NCBI GenBank assembly: GCA_004431415.1
Contig: QPMI01000444.1
Coordinates: 186,001-250,000, forward strand
Direction of reading: 5' to 3'
Length of the DNA: 64,000 bases
Source: Cyanophora paradoxa CCMP329
Lineage: Eukaryota; Plantae; Glaucophyta
Part shown: positions 49,281-62,134 of the stretch, piece by piece
Numbering within the stretch: the stretch's first letter is position 1
Layout of the letters: each line of letters opens with the position of its first letter
Notes under the pieces: generated by a model
What the model was told of the DNA's origin: nothing
The model's input: the letters and a program-made list of their open reading frames with translations, nothing else
Databases searched by the model: none
Made by a program: the position numbers and the translations under genes

Positions 49281-50920
49281 ATGATCATGGATATCGGTTC
49301 TGAGCAATTCCGTGCGCCGCCTGGCTTCTCGAAGCCCCAGATGATCATGAGCGCAAGCGGCTATCCGTCGCCCTGTTCACTTTTGCAGCCTTTGCACGTG
49401 CCGGGCCCGTTCAGCCGTGGCTGTGCATCGCTACCAGCCGCGGCGGCAGTCGTTGGAGCCCCTGGTCAGGGGCAGCCTGCACTCTTCCCAAGCCCCGATC
49501 ACCCGCTTGCTGCCCTCTCCCACCTGCACGGCCACAACTTCGGTGACTTGCAAGCGCAATTGCAGTTCATGTTCAACGCCTTCGAGGATGGCGTGCAGGC
49601 TTACGGTATGCAACATCTGTTTTGGACTCTGTGCATTTGCGCTCCCCGCGAACATCGTATGCTCACATGTGCGGGCCCCTATTTTTGGCAGGCTTCAACA
49701 CGTGCGCGCCGATGAACCTGTTTCTACAGCTGAGCGCCGCGACGTGCGCCGATGCATTTGGCGCGACGCTCCGCAATCCTCTGCAACTCCGGACCCTGAA
49801 TCCTTCGCACGATGATCACGAGCCCCTCGGCGCGGGCGGGTCTGAGCCCATCGCGAGCCCCGTCGCTTCGTGCAGCGCCTCTACTGCCGGGTCGGCGTGC
49901 ACGCCCCGCCCCCGCTCGGACAGCGCCTCGAGCTCGTCGCGGCCCTCCTCGCCGGATCACGAGACCGCCGGCGCCGGCGCCGTGTCGCCGCAGTCTCCGC
50001 GGCAGGCCCGCTCGAAGGGCAGCGCCAGCGTATTCACGTTCGACGCGGCTCACATCCGTGCACACACGCGCGCCGTGTCGACGTCGACCTCGTCCATGGC
50101 CGGCTCCGGATCCGGCGCAGTCAAACCGGACACCGGTGTCTGCAAGGAGGGCGCCTCCAACAACGATGTCGATCGCGACGTCGACGCGGCCGAGGCGAGT
50201 CGCGCTGAGATCAAGGCGGAGAACGCGGTGGCGTCGGAGAGGGGCTGGACGACTGACGTCCCCGCCCGAATCCTCCCGAGGATCAGCCGCTACTTCTCCC
50301 TGCCCACCGAGGAGGCCGCCAAGGCCCTCGGCCTCTCCGGCACCACGGTGCGCCGAATTTCGAGTTGCATCGTTCCTGCAATGTGCCCGGTCGCGTGACC
50401 GCGTGCCGAATTTCGCAGATGAAGCGGATTTGCAGGCGTTGCGGGGTATGCTTTCAAGATTTCAATTCGAGTGTAATTATATGCCGTGTGGTAACGGAAT
50501 TTCGAAGGTAAAGCGCTGGCCCTTCCGCAAGTTCAACTCGCTGCGGAGGTGGGCCGCGGTGGTGAAGGGGCTGGCGAGCCTGCAGGCGCCGGCGGGCGCG
50601 GGGCCGGCGGCGCTGGAGGAGGGCGACCGCCACCTCCTCCGCATCATCGACAGCCGCCTGAAGCTCATCCAGGAGCGGCCCAACGAGGGCATCGACGACG
50701 GTGACTGCCCATTTCCCGTGTATTTCTCGGGTCCTCCCAATGGGTCTAGAGTTCGATTCGAAGTGCGAAATCCTTTTCTGAAACCGTTTCAGTCGTCCAG
50801 ATCCTGCGGGCCGAGCTGTCCAAGAGGGCGGGCTCCGGGTTCGCCGAGCGTTTCGCCAGCAGGGAATCACAGCGCAAGGCCGAGCGCATCTTCGCCGACG
50901 CCGGCATCAGGATGCAGTGA
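49281..50920 (+). CDS. RWP-RK transcription factor (RKD/MID-like, no PB1 domain)
   Basis: ISRYFSLPTEEAAKALGLSGTT|MKRICRRCG|VKRWPFRKFNSL, then LKLIQERPNEGIDD|VVQILRAELSK resembling the RKD C-terminal helix. Four introns. Confidence 0.9.
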
Positions 50921-52866
50921 GACGCCGATCGCGACTCGGCGGCATCGACGTCGCACGCAACCGGTGAGAGCGCGCTAATTATAAGTGCCCGCTAATGTGT
51001 TGCTTTTAAACCCATTTGCTGCCGCGCGCTGGACGCTGGCACGTCGCGTTATTTCACTGATATGCAAGCCGCTGCAGATCTAGATCCTTTTCGGAGTCCG
51101 ATTCAGTTTGGTGCACCGGATCCGGAATGTCGAACTTGCACTACATACGAAGCTATCAATCATGCACTGCGACAGCTTCGATCCTCCATTCTTCTTTCTT
51201 TTTCTACTGTGAATTTGCGCACGTCATAGTGCACGGACAATGACTCAGTAACATCGAGGCGTCTAGATTTCTATACGTTACCGTTATATACCTTCATTTC
51301 CCGAGGCCTGCGAGACCCCAATTTTGTAAGGGTTGTCAGGATGTGCTTCGGGGGGTAGAAATGTACAGTGCAGAACCTCACTGACTCAATGTGGACCAGA
51401 TAGAGCTATAGATCTAGATTATCGTAGTTTCTACCACCCAGATTATGAGGGCTATAGGTTCTTGATCATGAGCTGCAGCTGGCGGGGAGGCTCAATTTCA
51501 TTTTCAGATATGCATTGTCGATGTAGCTAGCTAGCCGTGGGATCTTTCCGAGTTCGTACGATATCTAGTGCATATACTGCAGCTATCATGGAGACGATAT
51601 TCATTTGCAGGCATCATGAATCATCGGATCGACAGCTTTACGTAGTTAGGATGCTCATCGTGGAATGAGGGGTATCGATCAATGTAGCGCAGTGGAGGTC
51701 GTCATCATTCGCAATCGTTCCACTAGGTTGAGGTCATATATCTAGTGCATGTCAGTGAATCGAATCGCTCAGTTTTGTAACTGTTTATCTACATGCATAC
51801 AAAATATCTATAGCTAGATCTACGATCATGCATATGAGCTCGGGAGCACGATCGATCGCGAGTGGCTATATATGGAGCTGCCGTTCAACGGTTGTCCTTC
51901 TTACGCGCATCTACGTAGGTACATACATATACTACTACACGGTACGCGTGTCAATGTCCGCTCTCATGATCAATGTCCCCACCCACACATGTACAAACCA
52001 TTGAGCAGGGATCCCGGAGCAATTTGATTCCCAAATGCACCTTGGCGAGATTGCACTTACTGGGCAACTGTTTCTTTTCCAGCCCCTAGCTATAGTTTAG
52101 GTTCGAAATTCAGGGGTCCCCCCATCGGCCCCTCAAATATAATCTCACATGTACAGGGGTCCCCACCCACACACACCGTACGCGTTGGGCAAAGAAATCG
52201 ATCATCGGATATCGATCGATATCGATATCTTGGATTGTCGATTGACACGCCATGCGAGAGCACGGAATTTCGCACGGACACGCGCTGAATGGTGGGCCGC
52301 CGCCTGGGCCGGGGGTATCAACGTCGCCATATGCATCGACCTGATTGCAGTTGGATGATGTGTAAGGTGCGAATAAAATGCGACGTCAACGCCTCATGAT
52401 AAGGGCTGGAATTTTAAACGTAACTTGGATCCAGATCTAGAATTCGAAGAAAATCCGATCGATCATGTATCGCGACTTCGAGCTCGAGGCTCAATCATAT
52501 GCAAATTGTACTACGGTAATCACTGAGTGTGTAATATGACTCTACTTTGCGATGAAAGCTCTCAGATTTCAAGTTTAATTTAACGTGTGATGTACATGTC
52601 GTGTGACGGCGCCGGCGGCGCCGGCGGCGGCGCCGATTGCGAGTCAAGTGATCATATGCATGATGTTGAACTAGCTATAGGAATATTAATATGTCTTGCT
52701 CTGCCGGCCAGCTTCAAGCTGAAGAGCATTCGAGTTGTCATCAAAGCATCAAAATCACCGTGATCGGCCGAATGCAAGCCGCGCGCGGCCACGGATGGTT
52801 TAAAATTAAATTTCCTTCCGTTCTAGATCTCTCGATCGCGAGCACGGCGGGCGATCGCGATGCGCA

Positions 52867-55373
52867 TCAGGCGGGGGCCGGCGGGGCCGGGGCGGGGGCG
52901 CCCTCGCCCTCCGCCTCCAGCTCGTCGGCGGGGACGACGAAGTCGTCGAGGTCGGCGTAGCTGTCGAGCCCGTCCTCCGCCCCCAGGTTCCGGTCCACGA
53001 ACGCGTTCCGGCTCCGCAGCCGCCGCGACGTCCCGGGGCCCCGCCCCCGCCCCCGCCCCCGCTTCGTCTCCGCCTCCTCCTCCACCGATTCCTCCGACTC
53101 CTCCTCCTCCTCCCCCTCCTCTTCGTCCTCTTCCTCATCCTCCTCATCCTCCTCCTCGCCGTCGCCGCTGGCCACGGGGCTCGGCGGGCGCGACGAAGGG
53201 CCCTCGGGGCCCTCCCCGCCCCGCCCAGCGCCCCCGGGGGAGGGCGGGCCCCCTAGGCCTCCAGGGCGCGCCCCGGCCGCCCTGCGCGCGCCCTGAGGCC
53301 TCCGCGCGGCGGCCGCGGGCGGGGCGGAGCGGACGCACGGTTCCTGCGGCGGGGCGCCCTCGCGCAGCGGCCCGGGCAAGCCCGCGCGGCCGCAAGGGGC
53401 GCCCGGGGCGCCCCCTCCCCGCCGCGCGCGCTTCGCGGCGCGGCCGGCGGGGGCGGGGAGGCGGCGGGGGCGGGGGCGGGGGCCGGCTCGGGGCCGGCGG
53501 CGGCCTCGAGGGCGGCGGCGAGGCGGGCGAGGAGGGCCCCGAGAGGCCCTCGGCCGGCGGCAGGCGGCGGCGGGCGCCGCGGCGGGGCCCGGGCGGCGCG
53601 AGCGGTCCGCGGCGGGCGGCGGCGGCGAGGGCGCCGAAGGCGGCGCCGGCGCGCTGGAGGGCCGCCGCGAGCGCCGCGTACCGGCGCGCCCCGCCGGGCC
53701 GCCCCGGCTCCACTCGGCCCACTCGCGCCAGAGGGGCGCGGCGGCGGCGAGGGCCGGCAGGTCGCGCCCCGCGAGGGCCTCCGCCCGCGCCAGGCCGGGC
53801 CCGCCGGGCGCCGGGCGCCCCGCGAGGAGCGCGGCGAGGGCGGCGGCGGCGCGGGCGGCCCACGCGGCGGTGCAGCGGACGAGGAGGCCCAGCCGGCCCA
53901 CCACGGGCGCCGCCCCCGAGCGGCCCCGCCCCGCCGGCCCCAGGAGCGCGGGGGAGGCGGCGGCGACGGCGCGGGCGGCGGCGGAGGCGGCGGGGGAAAA
54001 GGGGGCGAGCGGAGAGAGGGCGGGGGCGGCGCGGGCGAGGAGCGCGTCGGCGGCGGCGGCGTGCACGGCGCGGCACACGGCCTCGGACTCCAGCACGAGG
54101 GGCAGGTGGCCCGGGCCCCGGAAGCTCGGCCCCGCCGCCCGCAGCGGGCGCCCCGCGGCGGCGGCGGCGGCCTCGCCGGCCATGGCGAGGGCGCGCGGCA
54201 GGGGCGCCGCGTGCCGCGCCGCGAAGCGGACGACCTCGGCCGCCAGCGCCGGCTGCGGGATGGGGAACTCGCAGGCCAGCTGCCACACCGCCTCCGCCGC
54301 CGCCGCCGCCGGCCCCCGCCGCGCCTCCGGGGCCGCCCCGGGGCGCGCCTCCTCCTCGCCCTCGTCCCGCTCGCCCTCCTCCTCCGGCGGGGCCGGCGGG
54401 GCGTCCCCGTCCTCCACCTTGACCTCCAGCGCCGGCGCCCCGCCCCCGCAGAGCACGCGCAGCAGCGCCATGTACCCCTCGAAGAGGCCTGCCGGCGCGG
54501 TGAGCTGCGGGGGGAGCGCGCCGGGGTGGGGCGGCGGGCGCGCTCTCGCTGAGGCCGGCGGCGAGGTCGGCGGTGAGCTGGGCGGCGAGGGGCGGGGCGA
54601 GGTGCGGGAGGCAGCCGCAGCGGCCGCCGGCGGCGGGGGCGCAGCGGCCCTCGAGCCCGTACAGCCCCTCGAGGCTGTGGAGGGCGAGCAGGGCGGCGGC
54701 GCAGGCGCCGGGGCGGGCGAGCGCGGCGGCGGCGCCCTGCAGCGCGGCCCCCCGCATGTCCTGGTAGCAGTCCCGGTCGGGGTCCTCCCCGGGGCGCGCC
54801 GGGGGCCGAGGGGTGGGGCGGGGCGAGGGCGGCGCGCGGGAGGGAGGCGAAGGGCGCCGCGTGGCTCGCGTCGTGGAGGAGGAAGAGGAGCGCGGCGGCG
54901 CGCTCGGCGGTGAGGTCGGGCACGAGGGGCGGCGCCCCGCGCGGGCGGCGGCGAGGAGCGCGGGGGCCTCCTCGCCGGCGGCGAAGTCGCGGAGGGCGGA
55001 GGCGGCGACGAGGGCGGCGCGGACGGAGGGGGCGGGTCGGCGGCCGCCTCCTCGGGCGAGGGGGGGCGGACGAGGGCGTGCCAGAAGTGCGTGAGCAGCG
55101 CGTACGCGAGGTCCGCGCCGTACAGAGACGCCTCGCCGCCGCTGGCGGGGGCGGCAGGGGCGGGGGCGGGGGCGGGGCGGGGCCGCGGCGGAGGAGGAGG
55201 CAGGCGTGGAGCTCGGCGAGGGGCCGGGCGGGGTGGCCCAGCGCGGCGTCCAGCTCAGGCTCCTCGCTCGCCGCGTCCAGCAGCGCCTCCACCGCCGGCA
55301 CCAGCGCCCGCGCCCCCGCCGAGGCGCCCCCGGGGCCCCGCCAGCGCCCCCGCGACCGCCCCGGGCTGAGGAG

Positions 55374-55408
<35 letters not shown>

Positions 55409-57420
55409 GGCCGGCACCGCCCTCCAGGCGCCAGAGGCGGGCGGCGAGGGCGACGGCCGGCCCGGGGCGCTCGCCGGCGGGGCCGGCGCAGGGGCCGAGG
55501 CGGAGGGTGGCGGGGTCCGGGGCGAGGGCGGCGAGGCGCGGGGCGACGAGGGCCGCGAGGGCGGCTACGACGGGCGGCGGGGCCGGCGGCTCCAGCGGCG
55601 CCGCCGCGAGCGCCGCCTCGTAGACGGCCTCGCGCAGGGGCCCGGGGGCCCCGGGAGGAGCGAGGCGAGGGCGGCGGCCGCGGCCGCGGGGCGGGGCCCT
55701 CGCCGCCGCGCGCGGCGAGCAGAGAGACGAGGCCGGCGGCGGCGGCGGCGGCGCGCGCCCCGTGCGGCGCCGGGCGGCACGCGGCGAGGGCGGAGAGGGG
55801 CGCAACCTGCCGGCGGCGTCGGCGGGGCGAGCAGAAGGGAGGGCGGCCCCGGCGCGCACGAGGCCGCAGGCGAGGCGGGCGCCGGGCTCGCCGGGGCGGA
55901 GGCCGCCGCCGCCGCGAGGGCGGCGACGAGGGCCGGGGCGCAGGCGGCGGCGCCTGCGGGACGGTTCGGCCGAAGGGTGCGCGGGGCGGGGCGAACGTGC
56001 GCCTGCGCGGGCGCACCCGGGGAGGCGTCGAGGGCGCCGAAGAGGCGCGGCAGGCGCTCCTCGCACAGCAGCTCCCTGCGCGCCCAACGCCCTCAGAAAG
56101 CGGCCGGCGCGGGGCGGGGCGGGCGGGGCGGACGCGTCGGGGGGCAGGCGGGCGGAGAGGAGGCGCTGGAGGGCGCCGGCGAAGGGCGCCGCCTCGCCCG
56201 GCGAGGCGGCCTCCTCGAGGCCCGCGAGGCACCGGTCGAGGGCGGCGGCGGCGCCCAGGGGCCCGGCCGCCGCCGCCAGCAGCTCCGCGCCCCGCTCGCC
56301 CCCCACCCGCGCCGCCCCGCCCAGCAGCGCCTCGCCCCAGTGCTCCGCCCCCGGCTCCTCCGCCGCCGCGCGGAGGGCCCCAGCGGGGCCGCCGCGAGCG
56401 CCCGCGCGCAGCGGGCGGCGCCGTCGCCCGGCGCCTCGGCGGCGGGGCCCCAGCGGGCCTCGGAGCGGAGGAGCAGGAGGAGGAGGATGACGTCGACGGG
56501 CGCGGCGGCGGCGGCCGGCTCGGCGTGGGCGCCGGTGGGGCCGGCGGGGTCGAGGCGGCCGAGGAGGGCGGCGGCGAGCGGGGCGGGGAAGCGGAGGGAG
56601 AGCTCGCCGTAGACGGCCGCCCGCTCCGCGTCGGGCAGCAGCGCCAGCAGCTCCCGCAGCGCCTCCGCCAGCCCCGCTCCGGCCCCCGCCGAGAGGCGCC
56701 GCAGCAGGGCGCGGGCGGCGGCGGGGGCGTCGGGCGCGGGGGCGAGCCCGGGGCCTCGGGGTCCGGGGAGCGGCGGAGGGCCCGCACGGAGGCGGCGACG
56801 CGGCGCTCCAGGAGCTCGTGCTCGATCCCCCGCAGCGGCACCTGCGAGAGCGAGTCCAGCGCCGCCGCCAGCGCCGCCGCCGGCCACTCCCGCCCCAGCG
56901 CCGAGCGCAGGACGCCCGCCTCCTCATCGCCCTCCCCGCACGCCCTGTCGCGCTCCACGAGCGCCGGGAGCAGCTGCGCCATCGCTGCCGCCGCCCTCGG
57001 GCCCGCCGCCGGCCCGCCCAGAGGCTCCGACGCCGGCCGCCCGGTCCGCGCCCGCTTCGCAGGCGGAGGCCGGCCGAAGAGCGCATCGAGGAGCGTCGAG
57101 GCGGCCGGCAGCAGTGGCAGCGCGTACGCGCGCCCGTCGGCGGCGGCGTGCAGCTCGGGTAGGGCGCGCCGGGCCACCTTCGGGTGCACGGCGTCCGCCA
57201 CGAGGAGCCGCAAGGCGCTTTCCAGCGCCGCGGTCGAGGCCGAAGGGTCGTCCAGCAGCTCTGAGAGCAGCTCGCACGCCCGCTCCGGCTCCGCGCCGTC
57301 GCGCGCGGCCTCCTCCCACTCGCGCAGCCGGACCTCCCACCCGAGCGCGGCGCTGCGGTGCAGGCGTCAGCTACACACGACCCGCACTACGTGAGAGGCC
57401 CCGACGGACCCGGGCCGCAT
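52867..57420 (-). CDS. Large Ala/Leu-rich, probably alpha-helical protein of unknown function with acidic tail
   Basis: LGWEVRLREWEE...CELLSELL...; C-terminal poly-E followed by RRLRSRNAFVDRNLGAEDGLDSYADLDDFVVP. Frame changes need introns or homopolymer errors. Confidence 0.6.
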
Positions 57421-57489
57421 GGCGGCAAGACGCCAGTGGGGGGAACCGATTTGAAGGGGGTAGACTGCAACTCGAAGCAAGCGCCGGCG

Positions 57490-60337
57490 ATGGCGGACCC
57501 GGAGTCCACAGGTGCGTCGGGAGGCCCGCCGTGATCGCAAAACTCCGCAGCGCGCTCCTCGCGCGCCCAGTACCGCTCCTTCGGTCGCCGACGCTGTCGC
57601 GCTCCCAGGACCGCCCGACAGGGCGAAGGGCGGCGGTCCTAGCTGGATCTCCTTGAAGGTGCAGGAGTTCAGGGAACAGGTCGGCACGCTCAAGTCAGCG
57701 CCGGTGCGCTTTTGATCCAGGCCCGCTGTGCCCCGCTGAGGGCCTTCGTCGCAGCGGGAGCTCTGGCTCACGTACTTCCTGAAGTTTCTCGAATCCTACG
57801 CGTACTTCGGTGCGCAGCGGCCGCGCCTAACCGCCGCGCCGCCCGCGCCCGCCAGCTAACAGCGCGGCGCAGCGGTCTCGTACATCTTCGTCATCTATCT
57901 CAGCGACGAGTTCGGTTTCAGCGATGCGGAGGCGGGCTGGATCTACGGTGCGCGTCGCCAGCCGTCGGGGCGGGCCGGTTGGTGCACTCGGAGCCGGCTG
58001 ACGGCTCGGGGCGGCCGCGGGCAGGCCTGTACGGGACGATCTACGCGGTCGCAGCGATGTTCATGGGCGCCGTGCGGCCGCCCTCGTTCCGTGCCCGCCG
58101 CGGCCCGCAGGCCCCCTGACGGCCGGGGGCAGGTGGTGGACAACCTGGGCGTGCGGCGCTCGCTGATCATGGGCGGGCTCGTGCTCACCTTCGCGCGGCT
58201 CGCCCTCGCCCTCACCGCCTCCCGCACCGTCATCTACGTCATCGTCTTCGGCGTCCTCCCCGTCGGCAGGCCCGCCCCGCCCCGCCCTGCCCCGCCCTGC
58301 CCCCGCCGCCCCGCCCCCGCCAGGGGATCGACGTGGTACCGTACCCCCCGCAGCTCCCTCGGCATCCCCGTCATGGCGACCGGCATCCGGCGCTACACGA
58401 ACGACGCGAACCGCGCGTTCGGGTACTCCCTCTTCTACATCGCCATGAACTTCAGGTACCCCCCCGCGTCCTTCCCCCCCACCCGCCGCGCGGCCGCTCA
58501 GAGCCTCGCAGCGCCTTCGTCGCGGGGCTGCTGGTGGACGCGTTCCGCTACGTGTTCGGCGTGCCGGACCCGCACGCGCGCCGCGCCGAGCTCGCCGCCG
58601 CCGCCAACGGCACGGCCCCCGCCGCCTCCACCTACCGCCCGGGCCAGCTGGTGGTCTCCTTCACTGCGGCGGCGGGGTCGGGCGAGCCCGGGATGACGGG
58701 CTACCGCTGGCTCGTGCTCTCCGCGGCGGCCTCGACGGCCCTCTTCCTCGTCCTGGCCGCGCTCTTCGTGCGGGAGATCGAGGTCAACGACGCCGGCGGC
58801 GCCGGCGTCACCGCGTTCACCCCCAAGCGCTCCAACCCGCTCCGCCTCGCCCGCGAGATCTTCACCACCCGCCGGCCCGCCCCCGCCCCTCCGCCCGCCC
58901 CGCCCCGCCTTCCCTGGCGCCGGCGCCGGCTGACGGACCGGCCGGCAGCTTCTGGCGCTTCATCCTCCTCATCATCCTCCTCGTCGGCGTCCGCTCCGTC
59001 CTCCGCCACCTCGGTACCCCCACTCTTCTCCCCCATACACACCGTACCCCCCCATCGAGCGCCGCCCCTGCAGACACGACGTTCCCGAAGTACGCGACGC
59101 GGGAGATCGGGCCGAGCTTCCCCTACGGGACCATCATCTCCATCAACCCCCTTCTCATCATCTTCCTCGTACCCCTCGTCACCGCCTTCTACTACAGGCG
59201 CCCCGCCCCGCCCCGCCCCGCCCCGCCCTCCGTCGTCGCCGCTCCCGCGTGGAGTGACCCCGGCCCTCCGCCCCTTCTCCCTTCCTTCGCGCGCAGCCGC
59301 TCCACCCCCTTCGAGTGCATCACCACCGGTGCCCGAAGCCCTGCACAGCCGCGCGCCACCCGCGTTCTCCCTCTCACCCGCGCGCTTTGCCGGCAGGCGT
59401 CTTCATCACGGCCGCCTCGCCCTTCTTCCTCGTGATCGGCCCCTACTACGGCACCGCAGTCGGCGCGCCCCGCCCGCCCGCCCGCCCGCCGCCCCGGCCC
59501 GCCCGTTCGCGTGACTTTGCGGCCGCGCAGTCTTCATCCTGACGCTCTCGGTCGGGGAGGCGATCTGGTCGCCGCGGCTGTACGAGTACACGTGCACGAT
59601 CGCCCCCGTGGGGCGGGAGGGCACGTACCAGTCGCTGGCGATCGTCCCCCTCTTCGCCGCCAAGCTCCTCGTCGGCGGCGTCTCCGGCATCCTCCTCGAC
59701 ACCTTCTGCCCCCTCGTCCGCCCCGCCCACGCCCGGCCGCTATCCGAGCCCCGCTCACGCCGGGCCTGGCTCGCCGGGGCGCGCAGGAGGGCCCGCGGAA
59801 CTCGCGGGTGATGTGGCTCCTCGTCGGCGTCTTCGCCATCGTCTCCCCCTTCCTCATGCTCCTCCTCCGCGGCGTCATCGAGAAGCGCGTACCCCCCGCG
59901 GCCCCCCCCCCCCTCTGCCCTCCCCGCCCCTCTCCTCACGCGCCCCGCCCCGCCCCGCCCCGCAGGAAGGACCCCGGGGAAGACTGGAGCGACGCCGGGG
60001 CGGAGCCGCCCGAGCGGCCGGCCAGCGCTCCCGTCGCCCCGTGCGCCCTCCGCTCCGCCCCACTCGCCTTTGGCCTGACAGGCGGCGCAGGGGCGAAGGG
60101 CAGGCGGAGCCGCCCGGCGGGGCGGGCCTCCGCCCCGCAGCGGCGGCGGGGGGCGAGGGGCGGGGGTCCTCTCCTCCGCCGGCGGCCCCGGCGCTGGCGC
60201 AGGCGCCGGGCGGGGCGGGGCGGGTGGCGCTGCCGAAGCCCGTGGGGGCCGCGGTCGAACTGCGCGCCCCGAAGAAGGGGGCAGCGCCGGGGGGCGGTAC
60301 ACTCCTCTCCGTCGACAACGAGTTCGAGGGGCGATAG
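57490..60337 (+). CDS. MFS transporter, POT/PTR peptide-transporter-like
   Basis: ELWLTYFLKFLESYAYF, IYLSDEFGFSDAEAG, VVDNLGVRRSL, GYSLFYIAMN, ISINPLLII, SVGEAIWSPRLYEY..IAPVGREGTY. Confidence 0.85.
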
Positions 60338-60637
60338 CGCCCGCACCTCGAGCTCGCCCCTGCTGCTCGTGTTCTTGAAAGCTTCTTTAAGCAGGCTGCG
60401 CACCATCCCCGTCCATCGGATCGATCGGAGCTCGAGCACAAACGCAAGCGCTAGCGAGCTTGCAAGCTTCGGGCTGCTTGGGCGGGTGTTTGTTAGGGCG
60501 CTGTGAATTTTGCAAATTTTCGAATTTTTGGACCTACTTTTCGGCCGCACGGGTACGAGTGCAAAGCCCGCCTTGCTGGCAGCAGTCGACGTCGACTTCT
60601 CTCCTCAGCCGTCATCGACTCGCCTGCTTTACCCACG

Positions 60638-62087
60638 ATGTCGGACAAGAACAATAGCCACGTCCGCGTGGCGCCGAACGCCCCGGCAGCCGGGGGCGAC
60701 CGAACCACCAAGTCCCTTGACGCCGGCGAGCCCGCGAAGAATACGTGGGCCCGCGTGATTCACCGCACCCAGAGCGCCCCCGATGCCGGCACGGGGAAGC
60801 ACTACTCGGTCCGCCGCGGCGCCGAACGCCCGCCCGCCCGTCCAGCAGGCGCCCGTCACGCCCGCGTCCCCGCCCGAGCAGATGGCGGAGGTCGTGGAGA
60901 TGGTGGTGAAGATGAAGCGGATGGCGGTGCACGCGCACTCGCTGTACGGCTCGAGCCGGCTGAACTACATGCGGAACCCAGTGGTGCGGCGGCGCGCGAG
61001 CGCCCAGGTGGACGAGCGGACGCCGCTGCTGGCGGGGAAGCCGGCCCCGCTGGCCATCCCCTCCGGGGCCGAGCTCTCCTTCTGGGGCCGCCGTGCGCCC
61101 CGCCAGCCCGACCCGCGCCCCAGCGCCCCGCGAGCTCGAGGCTCACCCGCCGGCCCCGCCCCGCCGCAGTGTGCTCGCCGGAGTCGCTCTTCGCGCGCGT
61201 GGCGGTGATCATCCTCGCCTGCGCCCTCGTCATCGCTTCCGCCCACGGTCCGCCCCCGCCCCCCGACCCGCTGCCCCCGCTGCCCCCGGGGTCGACGCGC
61301 GGGGCCGGCAGAGTACGACATGGTCGGCGCGGTGGAGAAGGACCTCGAGGCGCAGCTGCATGTCGGGCCCGACCGCTTCTCCTGGTTCTACTCCTGGTAC
61401 TCCATCCCCAACATGTTCCTCGGTGCCGTGCCGTACCCCCCCCCCCCCAACCCCCTTCCCCCCCCCCCGGCCCACTCTCACCCCCCGCCGCAGTGCTGAT
61501 CAACGGGATGCTGATCGACAAGATCGGGCTCCGCCTGGCGACGCTCATCTTCGCGACGTTCGTGGGGGCCGGCGGCGTCATCTTCGCCATGGCGACGGCC
61601 GCCGGCTCCTTCACCGGCGCCCTCGCCGGCCGCATGGTCTACGCCCTCGGCTCCGAGACCATGTACGTCGCCCAGAACAGCCTCCTCGGCCACTGGTTCC
61701 CCGGTGCGCCCGCTCTGTTCTAGAGGCCCCGCCGGGACCTAACAGAGCGGCGCGGGCGCGGGGACCAGGGAACAGCGTGATGATGGGGATGGGGACGATG
61801 GCGATCCGGCTGGGCAGCTACCTCGCCTTCACCGGCTCCTCCGTCGCCCTCCGCGCCGCCGGCGGCTCCGTCCTCGGGCCCGTCTGGCTCGGCGCCGGCA
61901 GCTGCCTCCTCTGCCTCCTCGGCGCTATCCTGTACTTTGGCCTCGATTACCTCGCCGAGAAGGCCCGCCCCCCGTACCCCCTCCGCATCCACCCCCCTTC
62001 CTGCCCCGCTGAGGGCCCCCGCGCAGTCCGCCAACAACGGCACGACGCCGAGCCATGACCCCGAGGAGGTGATCCCTCTACCCCCTC

Positions 62088-62134
<47 letters not shown>

